Shown piece after piece: positions 1 to 7,176 of a stretch of DNA of 64,000 nucleotides (positions are counted from its first letter, which is position 1; each line of letters starts with the position of its first letter). The stretch covers positions 1,893-65,892 of the forward strand of contig JAPKBM010000001.1 in the NCBI GenBank assembly GCA_026421205.1, given 5' to 3'. Both the position numbers and the translations under genes were made by a program. This stretch comes from Planctomycetota bacterium (lineage in GTDB: Bacteria; Planctomycetota; UBA1135). The notes below the pieces were generated by a model, which did no database searches, was not told where the DNA came from, and saw only the letters and a program-made list of their open reading frames with translations.

Positions 1-412
1 GTAAACCGAATGCAAACTCATGATAATTTCCAGTCATAGCCCAAGCCTGAGAAACCGTATCAATAGAATCACAGAAACCGTCGCCATCTTCATCACGCAA
101 ACGTGAGAGTTCATTCCTCTGCACCAACCACACTTCATCCTCAACAACCTTAAGGCCCAAGCCGTCGACCAACCCTTCGGCCCAGAGCGTCCATTGCGCA
201 TCTGAAGGATTCTCAGCCAATGCATTCTCCACTTTCCAAACTTGACCTCGACGCGTGCTGATCCACAGCACGCCCTTCGAGTCAAAATCCATACCGCCGA
301 CTTCCACCACCGCCCCCGAAGGCGGCGTGAAAGACTGGAGTTCCCAGTATTCGTTTTCCTTTTCCTGGGCAAAGAGCAAAAAGGAAGCGAGAAAGAGTGA
401 TGCGGAAATCAT
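1..412 (-). CDS. Secreted beta-propeller-type protein (glucose/sorbosone-dehydrogenase-like, 'putative membrane-bound dehydrogenase' N-terminal domain); 5' part only, gene continues past the left edge
   Basis: Absent from the ORF track because it has no stop in the window. I translated the minus frame by hand (codon tops 412, 409, ...): MISASLFLASFLLFAQEKENEYWELQSFTPPSGAVVEVGGMDFDSKGVLWISTRRGQVWKVEN...LRDEDGDGFCDSIDTVSQAWAMTGNYHEFAFGL. That is 137 stop-free codons to the edge. The N-terminus looks like a signal peptide. The ATG at 410-412 overlaps the TGA at 409-411 of the upstream gene (ATGA). Confidence 0.6.
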   Translation of the reverse strand, partial: MISASLFLASFLLFAQEKENEYWELQSFTPPSGAVVEVGGMDFDSKGVLWISTRRGQVWKVENALAENPSDAQWTLWAEGLVDGLGLKVVEDEVWLVQRNELSRLRDEDGDGFCDSIDTVSQAWAMTGNYHEFAFGL

Positions 413-1422
413 GGAAGAGTGACGATGGTTTGGAAGGAAACAGGAACACCTGTTTGATAAGGAATAGACAAAGCTTGCGCGCCATCGGCAGGAGCGAAGA
501 GAAAACCGTAATCTCCTTTCACACTGGTGAACTCAAATCGTCGAACAAAACCGCCGACCTCCGGCGAAACTTCATCCACGATTTCAATCTTCCCAAAAAC
601 TCCCCCGTTCAAGTCCTGTAGCTCTCCACGAAGGGTGACGTGATTTCCGTGCACCGTCGTTCCGGTCAATTGCACTCGAACAGGTTCTTCCCGCCCTTGA
701 ATTTTCCATGGGCAAGCGGGGTCCCCACCAGAATTCCGCCAAACTACGTCGCCAAGCGGCTTCAAAGGGGTCCCCCCACGGCCACCCCAATCCGTTCGCT
801 CCACAAAGCCCCCTCGCCGCACCGCCAACAACCGTAAGTCGTCGGCGCGATACTCAAACGTAAACCCATTGGCGTAACCCACCAGCAACCCTCGGGGGCG
901 TTCCGGCAATCCATCAGCCACGGAAGGAAGATGACCACGAACGACGACGGGACGATCTGCTACTTGCAGGACCATTTCCTCCACCGATGCCTGGGGAGCA
1001 GGTGGCGCAAAACCCTGGACCACTTTGACGACCGATGCAATCTCCTCCTCTGTCAGTGCGCCTGCGAATCCGGGCATCGGCGTTCCACCAATGCCATCAC
1101 GAATGGTCTTCGCTAAAGCACCTGACGTGTTTCCAAAAGAAAAACCTCCGTCAATAAAACTTCTTGCTGGGCGATCCAATGGAACAATCCCTTTGCCATC
1201 CCCTGTTTCGCCGTGACAAAGTGCGCACTGCTTTGCAAAAATTGCAGGGCCATCAACCTTCTTTTCAGGCTGGTTCTTGCCTGCAACAACCAGCCCCTCC
1301 TGCGGCAACGAACTCGTTAATTTGTTTGCTGCCTCAGCATGAGCAACCGCAACCGAAGGCTTTTCTTCCACAGTACAGGCAAGAAGGAAAACACAAAGTG
1401 ACAGGGGGACGAGGCGATGCAT
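409..1422 (-). CDS. c-type cytochrome domain lipoprotein (one CxxCH site followed by a ~230-aa beta-rich domain)
   Basis: ORF 409..1731 trimmed to the internal ATG at 1420-1422. The N-terminus MHRLVPLSLCVFLLACTVEEK has a lipobox-like LLAC. Heme motif CALCHGETGDGKG, and later GGTPMPGF. The stop overlaps the downstream start (ATGA). Confidence 0.75.
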   Translation of the reverse strand: MHRLVPLSLCVFLLACTVEEKPSVAVAHAEAANKLTSSLPQEGLVVAGKNQPEKKVDGPAIFAKQCALCHGETGDGKGIVPLDRPARSFIDGGFSFGNTSGALAKTIRDGIGGTPMPGFAGALTEEEIASVVKVVQGFAPPAPQASVEEMVLQVADRPVVVRGHLPSVADGLPERPRGLLVGYANGFTFEYRADDLRLLAVRRGGFVERTDWGGRGGTPLKPLGDVVWRNSGGDPACPWKIQGREEPVRVQLTGTTVHGNHVTLRGELQDLNGGVFGKIEIVDEVSPEVGGFVRRFEFTSVKGDYGFLFAPADGAQALSIPYQTGVPVSFQTIVTLP

Positions 1423-1521
1423 CCTAAACAGGTTAATTCTTCGTTTGCCCCATAGACTATTTTTTGCGAAACCCAGAGGAATTAGTCGGATTTTACTTGC
1501 CAACTTTAGTTTCCATAAATC

Positions 1522-1731
1522 ACCTAAGTTTATTCCTAACCAGAAGTTAAAAACGATTAATAAACTGATTGGCCCCAAATAGGACGGGTGCCACCACCCA
1601 TAGAAGAACAGGGACGTGGCCACAAGCCAAGCCAAGGCTAACGTACTTTTTCCGAGTCTGCTTAAGGCAAAAAATCCCAATACAACAACGGGGGAAAAGA
1701 AGAACAGGAACTCCACCGAATTGAACAACAT
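1522..1731 (-). pseudogene. Remnant of the 5' end of an MBOAT-family (AlgI/DltB-like) O-acyltransferase gene, about 70 codons
   Basis: The first 70 codons of track ORF 409..1731 read MLFNSVEFLFFFSPVVVLGFFAL...WLVATSLFFYGWWHPSYLGPISLLIVFNFWLG. This is the characteristic MBOAT/AlgI N-terminus (MLFNS.EF..FF, SLFFY.WW.P.Y). Similarity stops there, and the frame runs stop-free into the cytochrome c gene, which has its own lipoprotein signal. Confidence 0.5.
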
Positions 1732-1779
1732 GGAAAAGGAATGCTACCCCTTCCAGCAGGAATTCCGTAGCCTTTTTGC

Positions 1780-2883
1780 GTGTCCAACGTTCCGTTCTCC
1801 GTCCGGAGGCCTGGACTCCTCCTCCAGGGCATTTTCACGAATCGTGACCAACCCGACTTCGCGAAACTTGCCGCTTTAACCGACCCAGAAGTATTCCTCT
1901 GGGCCATCTTGCCTCATGCTGCCCGAACCTTTGCCGCATGCATTGTCATCTTGCCCGAAGAAAAAGCACGCGCGGCGGCCGTCGGCTATCTTTATGCCCG
2001 CATTCTTGACACCTACGAGGACCTCATGCTGGACCCCAAAGCGCGCCACAAAGCGCTCTTGGGATTCGTTCAGCGTTTTAATCAAACACCCGGAGCTCCA
2101 CTTCCCGAGGCACCGCGCGCGTTTGACACGCAAAAAATTGATGCCAGAGACCGAGGTCATCTCCTCCTTGTCCAATGCTGCAACCGCATTGACGCCGTGT
2201 ACCTCACTCTTTCGCAAGAGCACCAAAACGGGATTCAAGAAATGATTCGGGCCATGGCGCCGGGCATGGCGAACTCTTCCGATCTTTTCCAGCAACAAGG
2301 CGGTGCGCTAGAAACCCTTTCACAAAGAGAGGATTACTGTGACGTCGTTCTTGGAAACCCACTGGCTCTAGGCTTACGCATTGCCAAAGGAAGCACACTA
2401 ACCTACGTGGAAAGAGCATCCATTCAGAAAACCTCCATCTTCATCCAACTCGCAAACATCACCCGTGACATAGAAAAAGATTGCGTGCGTGGCATCTGCT
2501 ATCACCCAGCCCTGAAAACGTACCTTGGAAAAGATGCGCCTGCGGAACTCTATCAACAAATTCGTGGGGACCTTCTGAGTGAAGCCCTTCAACACGCCAA
2601 CAGCTTTCGGGAAGTTGCGAATACCATCCCGGCGCGGAAGCTTAGCCTTGTGCGGTCATCGGCGCTGATGATGGTTCTTTTTACGGACCGCTACTATCGC
2701 TCCTGTGCAAAGAAAGCTGGACGGAAACCGTGGCAGGGTATCTCCAGCACTCTGGCAATTCTTTGCCAGTCCTTTTTGGCGATCTTCAGCACCTGTTATG
2801 CAGACCGAAAACTAAATTTGGTTCTAGAGAAGCATCAACAACATATTCAAGACCACCCGCCTCCTTCGGCTGTGGCCAAATAG
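1780..2883 (+). CDS. Squalene/phytoene synthase family protein (trans-isoprenyl diphosphate synthase, head-to-head type)
   Basis: GTG start. HAARTFAACIVILPEEKARAAAVGYLYARILDTYED resembles the first Asp-rich region of squalene synthases (YLVLRALDTVED). QLANITRDIEKD resembles the second (NIIRD..ED). The 3' end overlaps fadE convergently by 37 nt. Confidence 0.7.
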   Translation: MSNVPFSVRRPGLLLQGIFTNRDQPDFAKLAALTDPEVFLWAILPHAARTFAACIVILPEEKARAAAVGYLYARILDTYEDLMLDPKARHKALLGFVQRFNQTPGAPLPEAPRAFDTQKIDARDRGHLLLVQCCNRIDAVYLTLSQEHQNGIQEMIRAMAPGMANSSDLFQQQGGALETLSQREDYCDVVLGNPLALGLRIAKGSTLTYVERASIQKTSIFIQLANITRDIEKDCVRGICYHPALKTYLGKDAPAELYQQIRGDLLSEALQHANSFREVANTIPARKLSLVRSSALMMVLFTDRYYRSCAKKAGRKPWQGISSTLAILCQSFLAIFSTCYADRKLNLVLEKHQQHIQDHPPPSAVAK

Positions 2884-5252
2884 TCTTCTCGGGAAAACGA
2901 GTCCACGTCAATGGCATCCCGACGGGCGGCTTCGGCGTGACGAACTTCTTCAGCTTCCACTTCTGTTAAAACACCGGCAGCAACGGCTGCATCTAATTGA
3001 TCTAAGGGCGCCCCCTTTTCAAGCCGACCTTCTTTGACGGCTTTTTGCAAACGACGAACCACCGAATCTGCGGCAGCGCAAAGTCGGAAAGCATTTTCTA
3101 AACGACCCAAGGCCTGTTCGGGATCCGACGGAACATAAACGCCACTGAAAATTCGTTCTCGTTGCGCACTGGGCTGGCGAAGCAATTGAGCCACTTGACG
3201 ACCGGAGGCGTCAGAAGGCCCTGTAGAAATGGCATTGAAACGAGACCACCAAGCCACGGGGCCTTGAAATAACTTTCCGAAAAAAGGGACATCAAGGTTT
3301 TGATAGACCCCGTCGAAGCCTTTCTGGATTTCGCCCAAGGCCTGTTCCATGGACCAGCGAACAAAGGGAAGATCTTCCGTGGGACGGCCGTCGGCCTTCC
3401 ATCGGCGGAGTACAGAAGAGCCCAATAGCATCCAAGAAAGGATGTCGGACAAACGACCAGTCACCGCTTCTTTGCGTTTTAAATTTCCGCCATACCCGCC
3501 CATCGCAAAATCCGCGACCGTGGCAAAGGACGCCGACGCCCAGGACAATTTCTGCAACCACACTCGCTCTTCCCCTTTTCCGGGGACGTCGGCAAACCGC
3601 CCGCGCGTTAAAGACAGAAGAATGGAACGGCTAAAATTGCGCCCGACATGGCCAATATGTCCGAAGAAAGCCTCATCAAATGCTTCCATGTCATCCGTCT
3701 GAAGAGCCACGATTTCACGGTATGCCCAAGGGTGACAACGAATGGCGCCCTGGCCAAAAACCATGAGTGTGCGTGTCAAAATATTTGCACCTTCCACGGT
3801 GATGCTGATCGGCGCGCTAAACCAAGCGTGCGCCAACAAGTTCCGCGGGCCTCTTGAGATGGCGGCGCCTCCTTGAATGTCCATGCCATGAATCAGCGCT
3901 TGGCGAAAAATCTCCGTGAACTGATACTTTGCAATGGCCGTCACAACGGATGGCTTGGCACCCCCTGCCAAAGCACCAGCAATGAATTTTCCGGCGGAAT
4001 CTAACAAGTAAGCATTGCCTCCAATGAAAGCTAAGCCCTCTTCCACACCTTCAAAACGGCCGATGGACATTCCGAACTGTTTGCGAACAACCGAGTATGC
4101 GCCCACGGCACGCCCAAGCAATTTTGTTCCAGCCAAACTTTGAGCCGGCAACATGATGCCACGACCGGCGGATAAGTTTTCCATCAACATGCGCCAACCC
4201 TTACCGACCCCCCCCTTTCCGCCAATGACCGCATCCAAAGGAACTTCCACATCCTTCCCCTCGAAGGGGCAATTAAAGAAAGGGACATTCAAAGGATCAT
4301 GTTGATTACCCCGGGTGACGCCCGGCAAATCCGCAGGAATCAAGGCGCAAGTAATTCCCGGGTGTGGGCCTAAAGCTAAAATTCCTTCTGGGTCATGCAC
4401 TTTCATGGCCATGCCTAAAACGGTGGCGCGCGCGGCCATCGTGATGTAACGCTTTTCCCAATTCAAGCGCAACCAAGGGCTCCCGTCGGCACCGCGGAAA
4501 ACTTCGCCCGACGCTTTGATGGAACCGGCATCGCTTCCGGCTTCTGGTTCCGTTAAAGCAAAGCAGGGAAGCTCTTTCCCCGAGGCGAGGCGAGGCAGCC
4601 AATTTTCTTTTTGTTCCTGTGTTCCGTAATGAACGAGGAGCTCTGCGGGGCCCAGGGAATTGGGCAACATGGCGGTAATTCCCAAGGGCACACTCCGAGA
4701 CGACAACTTCGCAATCACGGCACTCACGGCAGGGGGTCGAAATCCGAGACCTCCAAATTCCTCTGGAATAATCATCCCGAAAAAACCTTTTTCCGCAAGA
4801 TACTTCCACACGTCTGGATGCAAATCTCTTTTTTGGTAGACCTTCCAATCATCCGTCATGGCACAAACTTCCTCTGCCGGCCCGTCCAGAAAGGCTTTCT
4901 CTCTTTCGTTCAACTCTGGCCATGGCTCACTCAAAATTCTTTCGAAGTTTGGGCGACCACTGAAAAGTTCTCCGTCAATCCAAACCGTACCTGCCTCCAG
5001 CGCCTCTCTTTCCGTTTTTGAAATCACGGGAAGGACGCCTGCTTTTTTCATCCATCGCATCAACGGCCGGGTCAATAACTTTCGACGAAGAGGTGTCAAA
5101 AAGAGGAGTGCAAATCCAAGAAGAACTCCCCAGGTCACTGCGCTGACGCCGATGAATAGGAAAAACGCGGCAAGTGCAAGGAGCCAAACGAAAAGGGATG
5201 CGCCGAGGTACCCCAGCGCAAGCGAAGCCAGAAGGAGGAGAGCAAAAATCAT
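2847..5252 (-). CDS. fadE: Acyl-CoA dehydrogenase, FadE type (membrane-anchored, with C-terminal DUF1974-type region)
   Basis: 801 aa, colinear with E. coli FadE as I recall it. N-terminal TM helices, CFALTEPEAGSDAGSI, ITVEGANILTRTLMVFGQGAIRCHPW, LKRKEAVTGRLSDILS. Confidence 0.95.
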   Translation of the reverse strand: MIFALLLLASLALGYLGASLFVWLLALAAFFLFIGVSAVTWGVLLGFALLFLTPLRRKLLTRPLMRWMKKAGVLPVISKTEREALEAGTVWIDGELFSGRPNFERILSEPWPELNEREKAFLDGPAEEVCAMTDDWKVYQKRDLHPDVWKYLAEKGFFGMIIPEEFGGLGFRPPAVSAVIAKLSSRSVPLGITAMLPNSLGPAELLVHYGTQEQKENWLPRLASGKELPCFALTEPEAGSDAGSIKASGEVFRGADGSPWLRLNWEKRYITMAARATVLGMAMKVHDPEGILALGPHPGITCALIPADLPGVTRGNQHDPLNVPFFNCPFEGKDVEVPLDAVIGGKGGVGKGWRMLMENLSAGRGIMLPAQSLAGTKLLGRAVGAYSVVRKQFGMSIGRFEGVEEGLAFIGGNAYLLDSAGKFIAGALAGGAKPSVVTAIAKYQFTEIFRQALIHGMDIQGGAAISRGPRNLLAHAWFSAPISITVEGANILTRTLMVFGQGAIRCHPWAYREIVALQTDDMEAFDEAFFGHIGHVGRNFSRSILLSLTRGRFADVPGKGEERVWLQKLSWASASFATVADFAMGGYGGNLKRKEAVTGRLSDILSWMLLGSSVLRRWKADGRPTEDLPFVRWSMEQALGEIQKGFDGVYQNLDVPFFGKLFQGPVAWWSRFNAISTGPSDASGRQVAQLLRQPSAQRERIFSGVYVPSDPEQALGRLENAFRLCAAADSVVRRLQKAVKEGRLEKGAPLDQLDAAVAAGVLTEVEAEEVRHAEAARRDAIDVDSFSREDYLATAEGGGWS

Positions 5253-5836
5253 GGAGAAGTCGGTTGGATGAATTGTTTCACCAGGGTGTTCAAAAAAAGT
5301 TTTTGGTCTAGGCGAACATCAACCCGCCCCGCCAGCAAAAGAGAAACTGCACCATGAAGCGATGCCCAAACCACATTGGCTTGGAGACGATCTTCCTTCG
5401 TGGGGTTTTGCGGGCGTCCGGCGTCTTCGGCCAAAGCCTGCGCAAAAAACTCAAGGTTTTCCCGCGCTTTGCGGTACTTTTCCGCGGGATACCGCTCCAT
5501 GTGTTCCGGGTGGAGCAAAAACATGACTTCGTAATATTCTGGATTCTTAAGCCCAAAATCCAAAAACGCCTCCGCCAAATCCTGCAATCGATCCTTCGCC
5601 TGGCCGGCAGACTGCCCCGCCTGAACCAATTTTTGATGCAAAAGCCCAATGCCTTCATCAATCAGAGCGTGAAAAAGAGCGTCTTTATTCTGAAAATACA
5701 GATAAATACTTGTAGCCGTACAGCCGACGGAATTCGCTAACCGCCTCATGGACAAGGCGCGATACCCCTCAGAAACTAGCGTTTGACGCGCTTGATTCAG
5801 GATTCTGTAGCGAAGATTGGTAGAGGAACGAGCCAT
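5249..5836 (-). CDS. TetR/AcrR family transcriptional regulator
   Basis: N-terminal HTH LSMRRLANSVGCTATSIYLYFQNKDALFHALI. 4-nt ATGA overlap with fadE. Divergent from the thiolase operon. Confidence 0.9.
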   Translation of the reverse strand: MARSSTNLRYRILNQARQTLVSEGYRALSMRRLANSVGCTATSIYLYFQNKDALFHALIDEGIGLLHQKLVQAGQSAGQAKDRLQDLAEAFLDFGLKNPEYYEVMFLLHPEHMERYPAEKYRKARENLEFFAQALAEDAGRPQNPTKEDRLQANVVWASLHGAVSLLLAGRVDVRLDQKLFLNTLVKQFIQPTSP

Positions 5837-5845
5837 GAGAGAAAC

Positions 5846-5875
5846 TTGACAGTGTTAACTTAACAGTGTTATCAT
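5846..5875 (+). promoter_or_regulatory. Candidate sigma70-type promoter with embedded palindromic operator in the tetR / fadI divergent region
   Basis: TTGACA at 5846-5851, an 18-nt spacer, TATCAT at 5870-5875. Perfect inverted repeat TGTTAA-c-TTAACA at 5853-5865. Direct repeat ACAGTGTTA at 5849-5857 and 5863-5871. Confidence 0.35.
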
Positions 5876-5886
5876 CCTGGCGCAAG

Positions 5887-7176
5887 ATGAAACCGTTCTC
5901 CGCGCAAGACCACACTGCCGACATTGTCCTCGCCGCAGGAATTCGCACTCCGTGGGCAAAGGCTGGAGTCGCCTTTCGGGAAGAGGACGCAGCGCACCTC
6001 GGCGCTTTGGCTGCACGAGAACTTCTTGCCCGCTCTGGCCTCGCCAACACCGACCTCGATGAAGTCATCGCCGGTTGCGTCGGCCCGCCCCATGACCAAG
6101 CCAATCTTGGTCGAGTTCTCAGTTTGCGTGCGGGTATTTCCCAAGGCACCCCTGCGCGAACCGTAGCCCGTAATTGCGCTAGCGGTTTTGAAACCGTCAC
6201 GTCCGCCATGGACACCCTCCTTGCCGGACGAGGAGACACATTCCTCTGTGTCGGCGTGGAAATGATGTCGGCCTACCCCCTTCTCTTCGGAAACAAGATG
6301 GTGGGTCTTTTTGAAAAGCTGATGAAAGCCCGGACACTGGGCGCACGCGTTCAAGCCATCGCTGAATTTCGACCCGCGTTTTTAAAACCCCGCGTGGCTT
6401 TATTGGAAGGACTCAGAGACCCCATCACCGGACTTCTCATGGGTTCCACCGCGGAACATATCGCCCGAGACTTTGGTATCACGCGGCAAGCTTGTGACCA
6501 ATACGCACTCCAAAGTCATCAACGTGCGGGCGCGGCAAAAAAATCGGGCCGGCTGGAAAAAGAACTTTTTCCCGTTCTTCCTCTTGACCGTTCCAACAAA
6601 AAAAACTCCCTCAGTCAAGATGACAGCCCACGAGAAGAACAAACGCTAGAGCGTCTCGCCAAACTTCGTCCGTATTTTGAAAAACCCGACGGCGTCGTCA
6701 CCGTCGGCAATGCTTGTGGAATCACTGACGGCGCCGCAGCCCTTTTAATCACCACCGCAGAGCGAGCCTCCGCACTGGGCTTATCTCCTTTGGCAAAAAT
6801 CCGAAGCTTTGCGTGGACAGGATGTGATCCGTCTCGCATGGGTTTAGGCCCCGTCTCCTCCACCCATGCTGCTCTTCAAGCCGCGGGTTGTTCGCTAGAA
6901 GACATCGGCGCGGTGGAACTCAACGAAGCTTTTGCCGCACAAGTTCTTGGATGCGTCCACGGCATGAAAAAAGAAGGCGTCGGCGAACTCCGCCCGGAGC
7001 GACTCAACGTAAACGGCGGTGCCATTGCCTTTGGGCACCCCGTCGGCGCAACGGGGGCACGCCTCCTTCTCACCGCGGCGCATGAACTGAAAGAAGGCAA
7101 TCATGAACTCACTTTGGCGACGCTTTGCATTGGCGGGGGCCAAGGGGGCGCTTTTGTTTTGGAGAACATCACATGA
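5887..7176 (+). CDS. fadI: Acetyl-CoA C-acyltransferase (3-ketoacyl-CoA thiolase), FadI-like
   Basis: ATG at 5887 (the track start at 5866 is GTG). VARNCASGFETV holds the nucleophile Cys. The insert KARTLGARVQAIAEFRPAFLKP...GLLMGSTAEHIARDFGITRQ parallels the FadI-specific region. NVNGGAIAFGHPVGATGARL, CIGGGQGGAFVLE. Confidence 0.9.
   Translation: MKPFSAQDHTADIVLAAGIRTPWAKAGVAFREEDAAHLGALAARELLARSGLANTDLDEVIAGCVGPPHDQANLGRVLSLRAGISQGTPARTVARNCASGFETVTSAMDTLLAGRGDTFLCVGVEMMSAYPLLFGNKMVGLFEKLMKARTLGARVQAIAEFRPAFLKPRVALLEGLRDPITGLLMGSTAEHIARDFGITRQACDQYALQSHQRAGAAKKSGRLEKELFPVLPLDRSNKKNSLSQDDSPREEQTLERLAKLRPYFEKPDGVVTVGNACGITDGAAALLITTAERASALGLSPLAKIRSFAWTGCDPSRMGLGPVSSTHAALQAAGCSLEDIGAVELNEAFAAQVLGCVHGMKKEGVGELRPERLNVNGGAIAFGHPVGATGARLLLTAAHELKEGNHELTLATLCIGGGQGGAFVLENIT

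Noticed and set aside
34-485. Track ORFs 34..372(-) and 282..485(-) as genes
   Set aside because: Both are Arg/Trp/Cys-rich and unlike real proteins. A third minus frame, 1..412, open to the window edge, encodes a recognisable secreted propeller protein with ATGA coupling to the upstream gene.
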